DNA of 64,000 nucleotides from an uncultured Desulfarculus sp. (GCA_963665125.2 CAXXUK010000001.1:128001-192000); one strand, 5' to 3'; positions 39,546 through 50,139 are shown, counted from the stretch's first letter. Numbers and translations: made by a program. The notes: a model not told the origin generated them from the letters alone.

Positions 39546-40496
39546 TTAGTTAAGGGCCCAGAACCATTTGCTTACTATCTGCGGCCGCTCTATGACGCTG
39601 GAATCGATATATTTGGGCAAGCTATAGACTGGTATGGCGCAAAGTTCGGAGTTCTGTGCTTTGGCTTTGGCCAAGGCCTTTTGCACTGCGGTTGAGTCAC
39701 CGGTTATTACGATTACATCGGGTTTCGCCTTGGCTAGGCCATCCAACTTGCGGATCGTGACATGACCATTGGTTGGCTTTTTTCCTTTGGCGACCAGAGC
39801 TTCGCCCACGTTTTTACAACCAAGGGGCTCAAGGATGAATTGATCAGAATACCCTCCGGGAACCTCCACCTCGATAAAGACCTTGCCGGTTCCTTGCTGA
39901 TAGATGCCGTTGAGGATCACCACCTTTTTCGCCAGATTTACGCCCTTGGTCTTTTGGGTCAGCTTGGCGACAGCCTTGTTGTATTTTTCGATAAGTTCCT
40001 TGCCTGCCTTTTTCTTGTCCAGCAAATCGGCTGTCTGTTCTATGGCCGGGACGACACCCTTGGTGAAATCAACATATTTGATATCCATGCCCATTTTTTG
40101 CAGATCTTCAACAGAGTCCAGGGGGTCCACGTCAGGATTGAGAATGCAATACGGGTCTGACTTTTCGATAATTACCTGCTTGACCTTGTTTTTTTTGATG
40201 AAGTTGAAGAGCTTGTCCCGCTTGCCATGAGAGAGGCACCGTGGGCAACCAAGGGGTTGGGCTTGGGTCTTTATCTTGTCGCACAAGGGCCACAGAGAAC
40301 AACGGACTCCCATTGCAGCCGGGACCACTCCCAAGTTGTAGGCGATGTCCACGACCCTGTCGCCAATGATGACGATATTGCGCGTTTCTTTTTTGTCCCA
40401 TGATTTGGCCTGAGCCGCGCCGATCGACAGAGCGGCGATTGCGATTAAGACGGCGACCATACAGGCGGCTTTAGTGAATAAACTGTGATTATGCAT
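39546..40496 (-). CDS. helical-backbone (Fe/B12-type) periplasmic binding protein, Cys-rich
   Basis: Signal peptide; VVDIAYNLGV and GGYSDQFILEPLGCKNV...KPDVIV. Confidence 0.75.
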   Translation of the reverse strand: MHNHSLFTKAACMVAVLIAIAALSIGAAQAKSWDKKETRNIVIIGDRVVDIAYNLGVVPAAMGVRCSLWPLCDKIKTQAQPLGCPRCLSHGKRDKLFNFIKKNKVKQVIIEKSDPYCILNPDVDPLDSVEDLQKMGMDIKYVDFTKGVVPAIEQTADLLDKKKAGKELIEKYNKAVAKLTQKTKGVNLAKKVVILNGIYQQGTGKVFIEVEVPGGYSDQFILEPLGCKNVGEALVAKGKKPTNGHVTIRKLDGLAKAKPDVIVITGDSTAVQKALAKAKAQNSELCAIPVYSLPKYIDSSVIERPQIVSKWFWALN

Positions 40497-40553
40497 TCTA
40501 GCTCCTGGGCCGCCGTATGCGAAAGGGGCGGCATAGGTGTTCTTAACGGTTCG

Positions 40554-41105
40554 TTATCTTATGCGTTGTGTTAGTTTGTTCTGCAGGCAAAGCAGGGTGC
40601 CTGCCTGGTTGTAGACAAACAGCAGGCATGAACTCAGCAGTGCGAGTCCACCCCCGGCAATAATATTCTTGGCGCCTTGGGCTACTGCTCTGAACTCCGG
40701 ACTGCCCGGTGCGTGTCCGGAAGGTATGGCCCTGATGCCCACCAGGTGGAAACCAATGGCCAGGGTGATCAATCCGGCCACCTGCAACACCAGGTTGATG
40801 CTGCACAGTGCGGACCGGTAGCGGTTGCCGCCTTTGATCTCCTCGGCGGCATAATAAAACAGCCCCATCAAGGCGGTGCTTACCCAACCCACCAGGGCAA
40901 CATGGGCGTGAATCTTGCTGACGAAATAGCCGAAAAACGGCTTTATATGCTCAGGCTCGATACCTAGGAGCATGGCGTAGAAGTCCTTGAAGATGAACTT
41001 GGTCGGGTGCATCAAACCTTCCAATGTGCCCAACAGAAAGAACAGCAAAGACGCGATCATGAACTGGACGGCTGTTTTCTTGCCCAGCGGTGCTATTGGT
41101 GTCAT
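40554..41105 (-). CDS. small membrane protein resembling part of heme-copper oxidase/cbb3 subunit I
   Basis: About four TMs; LLGTLEGL and IHAHVALVGWV motifs. Confidence 0.55.
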   Translation of the reverse strand: MTPIAPLGKKTAVQFMIASLLFFLLGTLEGLMHPTKFIFKDFYAMLLGIEPEHIKPFFGYFVSKIHAHVALVGWVSTALMGLFYYAAEEIKGGNRYRSALCSINLVLQVAGLITLAIGFHLVGIRAIPSGHAPGSPEFRAVAQGAKNIIAGGGLALLSSCLLFVYNQAGTLLCLQNKLTQRIR

Positions 41106-41141
41106 GGCCCTTGTAATCTTTCCAAAAGTGCTGTTCTGGGT

Positions 41142-43067
41142 TTAGTAGTCCCACCTGATTCCGGCGTAGACAAAGGCAGGCTGAACTTCGTAGTCCTCGG
41201 TGTCTTCGTCAAGGATGTTCTTCATGCCTGCGTAAACCTGGAAGTCCTTGAATATATCCTTGCCGATCCAGGCGTCCAGGGTGGAATGGTTATCCAGGGC
41301 GTTGCCCATTCCGTCTTCAATGCCGGTGTACCAGGTGTAAGCCACCCTGGTCTTGAGGCCCAACTTGGCCAGGTGCCATTGGAGGTTGACATTGCCCTTG
41401 AACTCGGGCTGATCCGCCAGTTGCTCTCCGGTGTCCTTGTTTTCTGTTTTCAGATAGGTCAGGCCCGCGCCAAGTTTCCAGCCGCAAGGCAGGCGAAGAT
41501 TGCCCAGGAATTCCACACCGCTGGTTTGGGCTTCAGACAGGTTTTCATATCGGTATGTGCTTTTTAGGGATTTGCCGCTGCCTTTTGATGAGATGAGCAC
41601 CGCCTCGATCATGTCGTCGATGTCATTATAAAAATAGGTCAGTTCCATGTCCAGGCCCTGTGCTATATCCAGATTGCTCTGTAGGCCGACTTCAAAGGAG
41701 CGTGATTTCTCGGGATTCAGGTCCGGATTGCCCAGATAGGTGTCTTTGCCTCTTCTTTTGTATGAAGTTACAAAAAGCTCATAAGAGGTTGGCGCCCGGA
41801 ATCCATGGCCATAACTCGCCTTCAAACGCAGGAAATCGGTAATCAGGTAGCTGCCGGTCACACGGGGGCTCCACTCGGAGCCGAATTCGCTGTGATCGTC
41901 GTAGCGCGCTCCGGCAACAATATTGAGCCTTTCGAAGAAGACCATGTCGATCTGGCCGAATCCGGCCGTGTTGTGGGTGTCATATTCCGGTGAGATGTCA
42001 TCGGCGCCCCTGTTGTCGTCCCGGTAATCGCCGCCAAGGGTCACGCTGGCAAAGCTGTTGATCTTGGCATTGAACCGCCCTTCGTATTGCGTGCGTTTGT
42101 ATTTTTCATCGGTAACGAAAAAGGGGTCCGTGGTTTCCGGATCCAGGTCTGCGTCTGTTTTATATTCAGAGTGATAAGCCTGAAGCATAACGCTGTAGTT
42201 CTGGGCGAACTTGCCATCATAGCGCGCAAAGACATCGGCATTATCATCAGTAGCGTCGCGGTCCGTCAGCACGTTCTGGATGTCGCGCTTGCCTTCGCGT
42301 TCAAATTTGCTGTAATACCCACCAAAACTGATGGTGTGGTTTTCCCCAAGGTCCACGGCGGCTTGACCGGATGCGTATTGCTGCTTGAGGTTGTCTCCAT
42401 CATCCGGAGCTTCGTTGTCATGATCCCAGCCATTACGGTTTTTGTAGAGGCCTCCCAGGATAAAGCGGAACGGGCCGATGTCTGTTCCGCCATAGGCTTG
42501 GGGTTGAACGAAATCACCGCCGCTGTGAGTGTTTGTGCCGGCTTTGAGGTCCGCTCCGGCCACCGGTTTTTCCTTAGGCGGTTTTTTTGTAATGACGTTG
42601 ACAACGCCGCCTATGGCGTCACTGCCGAACAGGGCCGAGGTGGGGCCTCTGACGATTTCGATCCGGTCGATCATCAAAGTCGGAATCTGGTTGATATCGC
42701 TAATGCCGCGATAGCCGGGCGCCAGACGCCTGCCGTCGATCAGCACCAGGGTGTGCATTGAGCCACTGCCCCTGATAGACGGCTCAATGACCCTGCCGGA
42801 AGCCATGCCCAGAGTCAGGCCGACCGCTTCTTCCAAGGCTTCGGATACCGTATCAGCACCCATCTCCCTGATCTGTTCCTGGCTGACGACCTGGATTGAA
42901 ACCGGGGCCTGGGAGAGCTTTTGCTCATCCAGAGTTGCTGAAACGACCATGGGCTCTATTTTTTCCTTTTTAGGCGATGCCGGGGCTACTGCGGCAGCGC
43001 ATTCCGCTGCCACCAAGCCTGTCAGTGCAAGCACCATTAGCGTTGTTTTCAATACTGCAAGGCGCAT
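41142..43067 (-). CDS. TonB-dependent receptor (CirA/BtuB-like)
   Basis: Signal peptide; PMVVSAT, HTLVLIDG and IEIVRGPTSALFGSDAIGGVVN; aromatic C-terminus. Confidence 0.92.
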   Translation of the reverse strand: MRLAVLKTTLMVLALTGLVAAECAAAVAPASPKKEKIEPMVVSATLDEQKLSQAPVSIQVVSQEQIREMGADTVSEALEEAVGLTLGMASGRVIEPSIRGSGSMHTLVLIDGRRLAPGYRGISDINQIPTLMIDRIEIVRGPTSALFGSDAIGGVVNVITKKPPKEKPVAGADLKAGTNTHSGGDFVQPQAYGGTDIGPFRFILGGLYKNRNGWDHDNEAPDDGDNLKQQYASGQAAVDLGENHTISFGGYYSKFEREGKRDIQNVLTDRDATDDNADVFARYDGKFAQNYSVMLQAYHSEYKTDADLDPETTDPFFVTDEKYKRTQYEGRFNAKINSFASVTLGGDYRDDNRGADDISPEYDTHNTAGFGQIDMVFFERLNIVAGARYDDHSEFGSEWSPRVTGSYLITDFLRLKASYGHGFRAPTSYELFVTSYKRRGKDTYLGNPDLNPEKSRSFEVGLQSNLDIAQGLDMELTYFYNDIDDMIEAVLISSKGSGKSLKSTYRYENLSEAQTSGVEFLGNLRLPCGWKLGAGLTYLKTENKDTGEQLADQPEFKGNVNLQWHLAKLGLKTRVAYTWYTGIEDGMGNALDNHSTLDAWIGKDIFKDFQVYAGMKNILDEDTEDYEVQPAFVYAGIRWDY

Positions 43068-43637
43068 GTTGAATTCTCCCCATTGCGGTAGTTTGTGTAA
43101 GGCTTTAGTGTTGAAATTAGATAAATCTAAATAAAATAAAAAACAATAAAAAAATAATATAAACCTGATATGGTCCAATAGGGTTGATGCTGCTTGTTGC
43201 TCAACTGTTTGAAAAAGATTGCGAAAATGGTTTGATATGGGGCGTGCGGTCAGTATAGAACGAGAGGTAAATGTACTATGATGGCATAAGATGCTGAAAT
43301 AATATCATTAATTATATATATGGTTAGTAATAATTAGTCGAGGCCCATGGTGAAGGGACCGTTTTGCCTTTGCATGGAAATATTTTATAAATGGTAATTA
43401 TTGATTAAAAACAAATAATTAGACATCAATACGGTCTATTTGCGCTGTCTGGTTACTGTATCAGATATGGGGCACCGGTGGGCGAGATGTATTGGGGATG
43501 ACAAGTGAAAAATGGATAACAAAAAGTTAGAATGATAAAATAATTATATACTACTCAAATAAATATATTTTATCATAGCAATTTCACGGGATTAGGCATT
43601 GCCACCTCCAATGATCACACCACATCACTAGGTGTTG

Positions 43638-43812
43638 TGATCTAACCCAGGAACAACGGATATTTGGTTAAACGACAATTTGGTTTTCAAAGGCCAAAGA
43701 GTTGATGTAGCAAAGGGCACGGTGCTTCGTGTTGCGGTTATAGTGCGCATCAAAAAAATGCCCTAACACTGCCCGGCACATGTCCTGACGGCTGGCAAAG
43801 CTTTCGCCGATG
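43638..43812 (-). mobile_element. IS3-family 3'-end remnant
   Basis: Degenerate GESFASRQDMCRAV...YNRN...LAFENQIVV* plus an IR ending GGGTTAGATCA. Confidence 0.7.
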
Positions 43813-44203
43813 ATCTGCTATGGTTTGATACAGGGGAACATCTGCAAGGTTCAGTCCTCGGCAATTCATGCGGCTTCATCTTGTGCTAATTTGACGAAAA
43901 GTGAGGAGGTCGGCAAACTCTTGGGTCGTGATTCGGGATAAGGGGTAACAGGGTCCGGCTGGCGGGACGGCCTCGTTCATCCTATCTTATGAAGAGTAGC
44001 GAAACTGCCAGGCGATGGCTTTGGTCCCGTTATGCCCATTCACCGAGAAGTTGGCTTTCTAATTTGGCTGGGACTTTGGCTGGGACTTTTTGTAAAAATG
44101 CTGCCAAAATCGGCAAAAATGGGAAAAGGCTGAAAAAGTGATTGTCTTGCGATATCAAAGAGTTCCTAAGAATTGAGGAGGTTAGGAAACTCAGAGGTAT
44201 AGC

Positions 44204-44248
44204 CTCCGGAGCCAAAGGCCGTTGGTTCGAATCCCGCACCGCCCACCA
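44204..44248 (+). repeat. att core: 3' half of tRNA-Arg(CCG), copy 2
   Basis: Identical to 17531-17575 except one G>T in the T-stem. Confidence 0.85.
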
Positions 44249-44261
44249 CAATGATATCAAT

Positions 44262-44296
44262 AGGTTAGGGTCTCTTTGGAGGCCCTAACCTTTTTT
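44262..44296 (+). terminator. intrinsic terminator after att copy 2
   Basis: AGGTTAGGG/CCCTAACCTTTTTT. Confidence 0.8.
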
Positions 44297-44361
44297 GTTG
44301 CATGCCCTGTTCCCCACACTATTCCCCACATGGATTATCACCTGCCACCATATCACCTGCC

Positions 44362-45171
44362 TATGGCCGGCGGCGCAGGGTGCAAAATCCCAGCCAAAGG
44401 CAGGTGGAGCGTGAGAGGCTCGATCACCTGGTGAAAGAAGCCTTTGAAGTTCGCAAGGGCCGTAGCGGAGCAGTTGGGCTGACTCTCGATATTGATGAGC
44501 AGGGCTGCAAATACAACCGCAAAACAGTGGCCAAAAGCATGAATAGGCAGGGCCTTGTAGCTAAAGCGGCCAGAAAGTTCAAGGCCACCACGGATTCGGG
44601 CCATAGTCTGCCGGTGGCTCCAAATCTATTGGCCCAGGACTTTAGCGCAACCGCTCCAAATCAGAGGTGGGTCTGCGATATCACCTACCTTTGGACCGGC
44701 GAGGGCTGGTTGTATCTGGCAGTGTTGCTCGACCTGTTTTCGCGCATGGTGGTGGGCTGGGCCATGGATAAGCGTATGAAAGCCGACCTGGTCTGTGACG
44801 CCTTGCAGATGGCCTTGTGGCGGCGGCATATGCCCAAAGGTGTGATGGTCCATTCGGATCGTGGCAGCCAGTACTGCTCCCGGAAATACTAGACCCTTTT
44901 AACCAAGCATGAGCTGGTTTGCAGCATTAGCGGCAAAGGTAATTGCTACGACAACGCCGTGGCCGAAAGCTTCTTTCATACCCTCAAGGTGGAAATGGTC
45001 CATGGTGAGCGCTTCGCCACTCGCCAGGACATGCGCCGGGCCGTATTCGAGTATATCGAGGTTGACTACAACCGTATCAGGAGGCACAGTGCCAACGGCT
45101 ACATCAGCCCGTTGGCTTTTGAGGATCAAATAGTCGCTCAACAAACTGTCCGTTGTTTGTGTGCATGATCC
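44362..45171 (+). pseudogene. IS3-family transposase OrfB, 5'-truncated with an in-frame TAG
   Basis: WVCDITY, HSDRGSQY, TAG at 44890, then GNCYDNAVAESFF in the same frame; degenerate right IR. Confidence 0.88.
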
Positions 45172-45423
45172 CCCTGCCAATTACCGACCCCTCTGGCCCC
45201 GGTTCCGTACTGCCTAGACATGTTGATCCGATATTGAGGGACAGGTTGGTATGGCCTAAGGCCATCTTAGCTGTTTGACTCGCGAAAAACGATGGACTAA
45301 CATGAGTTATGATTTGCGTTTGAAACCTACTTGTTTGATTGTTGGGGGGAAAGTACCTGAGAACATTTGAAATATCTGCGAGGCAACACGGCGATTTGAG
45401 ACTTTTCAAGGAAGCGGCATAAC

Positions 45424-48201
45424 ATGATTCGCAGATTTGTTATCCTGATTATCCTGATTGTGGCGGCAGCCGCGGCGTTGGATTTTTTATTACAACAGTA
45501 TCTACAGGACCGTCATCAAAGCGATCAGGTGCGCAGTGTTTCCTCGCGCCTGGCTACCCTCCGGGTCCATTTGGAAAAAGAAATCGTCAGCAACCTACTG
45601 CTCGCCCAGGGCACTGCCAACTACATTTCCATGAATCCCCAATTGTCCCAAAAAGAGTTTGACCGATACGTTCGCCAGGTAATGCGCAACAAGAATTCGT
45701 TGCGCAACGTGGTCGCGGCGCCTGATTTCATAATGTCTTATGTCTATCCTCTGGAAGGTAATCAAGCCGTGTTGGGGGTGGACTACCGCAAACTACCCAG
45801 ACAGTGGGAGCAGGCGCGCCGGGCAAAAGAGACTGGACAGATGGTGGTTGCCGGACCTCTCAAGCTGGTTCAAGGGGGCACCGGGCTAATCGGCAGAGTC
45901 CCTGTTTATATGGAAGACCCCGATGGAGATCATTTTTGGGGCTTGGTGTCCGCTGTCATCAATATAGACAACCTTTACCAAACCGTGGGCATGGACAAAT
46001 TGTCCGACCTTGACCTTGCCATCAGAGGGGTTGACGGCAAAGGGGCGGAGGGAGCGGTTTTTCTTGGCGATCCCAAACTCTTCGAACCGGGCCGGGATTC
46101 GGTGATCATGCCGGTTAGCTTTCCTTCGGGATCCTGGCGGATTGCGGCCCTACCCAAAAGGGGCTGGACGGAGGCGGCGCCCTTCGGATTGCTGGCGCAT
46201 GTCATCATTGCTCTGTTGGCTGTTGTTGTTTTGCTGATTACATTCAAGATAATGAAAAACCAACAGGAAGTGGAGCAGGCCAAACAAAGCCTGGACGAGG
46301 CCCAGGCCATCGCCCATCTGGGCAACTGGGAGTTGCAGGCCGAAAGAGGCACACTGTGGTGGTCTGATGAAACCTATCGCATCTTTGGCGTGAAAAAAGG
46401 AGTTTTCGCGCCAAACCTAAAGAGTTTTTTAAACTTGGTCCATCCCGAAGACCGGGACAGTGTGGGTAACTTTTTTTCCGCGCGAGTGCAGACGGCTGGA
46501 TCTCACAGCCTGGAACACCGGATTATTCTACCCAACGGATCAGAGCGTTATGTCTATGAGCAAAGTGTCGGCCAAGATGAGGGCGACAGTACCCGCCTGC
46601 GTTCCACGGGTACGGTCCTGGATATCACCGAGCGCAAGCAGGCGGAAATTACGCTTCAAAATTCAGAGGAGCGCTACCGCGAGCTTTTCGACTCAATAAG
46701 CGATCTGATTTACACCCAGGATATGGAGGGCAGGTTTCTCTCCGCCAATCCGGCCTTGCACAAGCTCTTCGGCTACACCGCAGATGAATTTTTGGGGGAC
46801 AAGGCGGCGAACTACATGGACCCGGAAATGGGGGCGCTGTTTGCCAGCGATTACCTGGGAAGTTTGAAGCAACAGGGCAAGCATGAAGGCATTACCAAAT
46901 ACTACTGCAAAGATGGCTCGGAAATATATTTGGAGTACCGTAGTGAATTGGTCAGGCCTGAAAACGGGGAGCCGTACATCAGTGGCATAGGAAGGGACGT
47001 AACATCAAGGATCAAGGCGCAAAGAGAGAAGAAAAGCCTGGAAATCCAACTGCAACAGGCCCATAAGATGGAGGCGGTAGGCACCCTTGCCGGAGGCATA
47101 GCCCATGACTTCAACAATATCCTGGCGGCCATCATCGGGTACACGGAACTGGCTTGGGGTGTGAGCAAAGAGGGCGGAGACAATACCCAACTGCTGGACA
47201 ACATATTAAAAGCGGCCGGACGCGCCAGCAAACTGGTTCAGCAAATATTGGCCTTCAGCCGCAAGGCGGCGTTTGAAATGAAGCCGCTGGACCTCAATAG
47301 GGAAATTTTCGACACCGTCCAGCTCATAGAACGCACCATTCCCAAGATGATATCAATAGAACTCCATCTGGATCAGGACCTGCGGCAGGTCTCGGGCGAC
47401 TCCAATCAAATCGAGCAGGTGCTGCTCAATCTGGCAGGAAACGCCAGGGATGCCATGCCCGAAGGGGGCAAGCTGACGATAAAGACCGAAAATGTGACCT
47501 TGGACCAGGGGAGCACGAATGGCCAACTAGACCCTTCGTCGGGAGACTATGTGCGGATTACCGTATCCGACAATGGCCAAGGCATGGACGAAAAAACCTT
47601 GGAACACATTTTCGATCCCTTTTTTACAACCAAGGAGGTGGGCAAAGGCACTGGGCTGGGCTTGGCATCGGCCTATGGCATAATTAAGAGCCACGGCGGT
47701 GAAATCGTCTGCCGCAGCGAACTGGGCAGGGGCACCACTTTCGCGATTTATTTGCCCGCTCTGGAATCCGCTCCCCACACTAACGATTCAGCGATGGTGA
47801 ACGTGGATCTCATCCCCGGCGGCACTGAAACCGTACTGCTGGTTGATGATGATGACGCTTTAAGGGACATTGGCACCCATGTGTTAGGGAGAAAGGGCTA
47901 CCAGGTTCTAACGGCCATGAACGGAGAAGAGGCCCTGGAAATCTACGGCTCGCAGACCTCAGCCATTGATCTTGTCATTCTTGACATCAGCATGCCTGGC
48001 ATGGGCGGGCATAAGTGTCTCCAGGAAATTCTTAAGATTAACCCCGAGGCCAAGGTTGTTGTCGCCAGCGGATATTCGAGCCAGGGCCAATTGAAGGAGA
48101 CTCTTACTGCCGGTGCCACCGCTTACATCGCCAAACCTTTCCAGATGGCCGATATGTTAAGTACAGTGCGTCAAGTGCTGGATGGTCAATGGGTGATCTA
48201 A
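45424..48201 (+). CDS. CHASE/PAS hybrid sensor histidine kinase
   Basis: TM-CHASE (AGPLKLVQGG)-TM; two PAS domains; LAGGIAHDFNN; GTGLGL; receiver domain. Confidence 0.92.
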   Translation: MIRRFVILIILIVAAAAALDFLLQQYLQDRHQSDQVRSVSSRLATLRVHLEKEIVSNLLLAQGTANYISMNPQLSQKEFDRYVRQVMRNKNSLRNVVAAPDFIMSYVYPLEGNQAVLGVDYRKLPRQWEQARRAKETGQMVVAGPLKLVQGGTGLIGRVPVYMEDPDGDHFWGLVSAVINIDNLYQTVGMDKLSDLDLAIRGVDGKGAEGAVFLGDPKLFEPGRDSVIMPVSFPSGSWRIAALPKRGWTEAAPFGLLAHVIIALLAVVVLLITFKIMKNQQEVEQAKQSLDEAQAIAHLGNWELQAERGTLWWSDETYRIFGVKKGVFAPNLKSFLNLVHPEDRDSVGNFFSARVQTAGSHSLEHRIILPNGSERYVYEQSVGQDEGDSTRLRSTGTVLDITERKQAEITLQNSEERYRELFDSISDLIYTQDMEGRFLSANPALHKLFGYTADEFLGDKAANYMDPEMGALFASDYLGSLKQQGKHEGITKYYCKDGSEIYLEYRSELVRPENGEPYISGIGRDVTSRIKAQREKKSLEIQLQQAHKMEAVGTLAGGIAHDFNNILAAIIGYTELAWGVSKEGGDNTQLLDNILKAAGRASKLVQQILAFSRKAAFEMKPLDLNREIFDTVQLIERTIPKMISIELHLDQDLRQVSGDSNQIEQVLLNLAGNARDAMPEGGKLTIKTENVTLDQGSTNGQLDPSSGDYVRITVSDNGQGMDEKTLEHIFDPFFTTKEVGKGTGLGLASAYGIIKSHGGEIVCRSELGRGTTFAIYLPALESAPHTNDSAMVNVDLIPGGTETVLLVDDDDALRDIGTHVLGRKGYQVLTAMNGEEALEIYGSQTSAIDLVILDISMPGMGGHKCLQEILKINPEAKVVVASGYSSQGQLKETLTAGATAYIAKPFQMADMLSTVRQVLDGQWVI

Positions 48202-48296
48202 CCCAGTAACAACGGACATTTGGTTAAGCGACAGCTTTGTTTTCAAATGCCAGCGGGCTGTTATCGCGGTTGGTACCGTGTCTCCCGTTACGGTTG
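48194..48296 (-). mobile_element. IS3-family 3'-end remnant
   Basis: Minus strand NRNGRHGTNRDNSPLAFENKAVA* plus an IR ending GGGTTAGATCA. Confidence 0.7.
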
Positions 48297-48494
48297 TCAT
48301 GCACCTCGGTATACCCGAACACGGTTTTTCGCATACTTCTGGTGGTTGGATTTTCATTAAAGTGATCATAAGGGGGTATCTGCAAGGCTCACCACACCAC
48401 CATTCGTGAGGCTTTAATAAATATACTAAGTTCCCACACTGTTGCTTGTCCGATACCGGTGGTGCCGGCTCGCAATGCAAATGGATGTTAGACC

Positions 48495-48806
48495 TTGCCA
48501 TTTCTCCTACCGTTTGGGGCTTGGGGAGGTGTCGGCGCATTTTGGCCGGATGGTCCGATCTGGCGGGTGCAGTTGGTTGCGCTGATCACGGTGCCGCTGC
48601 TGTTTCTCCTGGCTTGGCTTGGCGCCGACTGGGCCACCCGTTTCCGGTACGTTGTAATTGCCGTGTCAGTTTTGGCCCTGCTATCGTTTTTCATCGGCGG
48701 CATTCCTCACATGAACATGGGCCATATTGTCCGGCAAATGGAGGCCACCGCTCTGGAGGCCCCACGCGTTACCTGGCGGGTAAAACTATACGATAAGTAC
48801 CGGTAA
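48495..48806 (+). pseudogene. internal fragment of an amino-acid permease/cation-chloride cotransporter-like gene
   Basis: LFLLAWLGADWATRFRYVVIAV...LLSFFIGG two-TM stretch with no plausible start or remainder. Confidence 0.55.
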
Positions 48807-49172
48807 TGTGTTCATGGGCAAACTCTAAAACCGGTCTCAATTTATAAAGGCGTACGGGCGCTTGCCGACAAAATAAAATGCGGTTGACCGGCTAATTAAA
48901 AAACAGCTATGATATTTAATATATATAACTTTAGATCGGCCCATAGCTGCCTTGGCTCTACGAAATACTGGGCCCACCATATCAACAATTTATTACAAAC
49001 AAAACGGAACGCAGCACAAGTTTCCTAGGCCTCGAAGTTCTGCTGTTGAAGCCTGATATGATATTAAAATTAAAGGTATGCGCTAAAGGTTTAGAGGGGA
49101 ATATCTGCGATGGGCAGATGGTTTTTCATAAAACGTACCGCTTATTGCCAAGCTTAATAGGAAGGGCATATA

Positions 49173-50006
49173 ATGCACAGAAAAATAATGCCATACAGGC
49201 ATGGTTTTCTATCATCATCAAATATATTTTTTCTTGGTTTTTCGCTTGTCATTTTACTTTTTATTGCCAACATTGCCATCGCCCAAAGTACAAGCCACAA
49301 TGGCGGACAGTGGCTTGGCGTTGGGGGCAAAATGCTAATCTCAGGCAATGGCCATTTCAGTAATAAATGGATTGCGGCACACAGGTATGGACACGGCAAT
49401 GGCAAGTACTGGAAGAATGATGAGCCCACGTCAAATCCGGCCACTGGCAAACAAATACCGGCTAGGCACACACAAGATGAAGTAGACAAGGACGTATGGA
49501 AGCTCAAAGGACATATTAAGGTGCTTGGCCCCGGATTTCTTGGTATTTTCATGAGAAGCAAAGGTGCCTATGCTGTATTAAAGCGGTCTACAATAGACAG
49601 TGTATTTCGGACCCATGATTTGGGCAGGGATCAATGGGTGACCTCCTCCGACGGCAAAGGGAGGTGGCAACTGGCCGGCGTAGTGAATGTTGACCCAACC
49701 AACTCAAATGCAACGGGCGGCTGGGTGCCTGCGGGCGAACCAACGAGCGTTGATGTGTGGGTTTACAACCCGTTGAGTCACTGGGGTGTCTGGGGAAAAG
49801 GCTATGGTGCGCCGAAGGATGTTGAATTTGAAGTTTGGTTTTTCCCCCGTAGGGGCGGCAAAGTAATCGAGGTGTTCAAATATTGCCGCGGAAAGAAAAT
49901 TGATATCACAACCGGTGACAAACCGTGCAGACGCGAACCTTTTGTGTACAAGCCAAAAGTCGACATCGGCGCCCCCACCAACAGAGAAGGAGCAGGCTCA
50001 CGCTAA
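49173..50006 (+). CDS. hypothetical secreted protein
   Basis: 277-aa ORF with signal peptide (AIA-Q); Trp/Gly-rich. Confidence 0.6.
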   Translation: MHRKIMPYRHGFLSSSNIFFLGFSLVILLFIANIAIAQSTSHNGGQWLGVGGKMLISGNGHFSNKWIAAHRYGHGNGKYWKNDEPTSNPATGKQIPARHTQDEVDKDVWKLKGHIKVLGPGFLGIFMRSKGAYAVLKRSTIDSVFRTHDLGRDQWVTSSDGKGRWQLAGVVNVDPTNSNATGGWVPAGEPTSVDVWVYNPLSHWGVWGKGYGAPKDVEFEVWFFPRRGGKVIEVFKYCRGKKIDITTGDKPCRREPFVYKPKVDIGAPTNREGAGSR

Positions 50007-50139
50007 CTGTTTTGACCGGCTTCCATGGCCTATTTCCAGCTCCATGCCTGTCATGATAGTCCATGAATCGGTATTACAAGCAATGGCCCGTGCTTGAGCG
50101 CCTTGCAGGATACGGAATTGTTTTTTAGCCATCACAAAG

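Larger units (their letters stand above)
17576..44248. mobile_element. ~26.7-kb genomic island bounded by tRNA-Arg 3' direct repeats
   Basis: 44/45-identical direct repeats; integrase adjacent to the left repeat; IS-rich cargo. Confidence 0.7.

Noticed and set aside
42226..42236. Self-target of the CRISPR spacer (GCAAAGACATC)
   Set aside because: Only 11 nt match, compatible with chance; no longer match was noticed by eye
43068..43637. Cobalamin riboswitch upstream of the BtuB-like receptor
   Set aside because: The leader is AT-rich and I could not recognise a B12-box or its conserved stems; an Rfam scan would be decisive
44172..44248. Complete tRNA-Arg gene (second copy)
   Set aside because: No 5' half, and the T-stem has a mismatch
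26854..44892. Pyrrolysine/amber recoding suggested by two in-frame TAGs
   Set aside because: One lies in an already truncated IS at a likely Gln codon; no pyl genes are in the window and TAG ends many normal genes here
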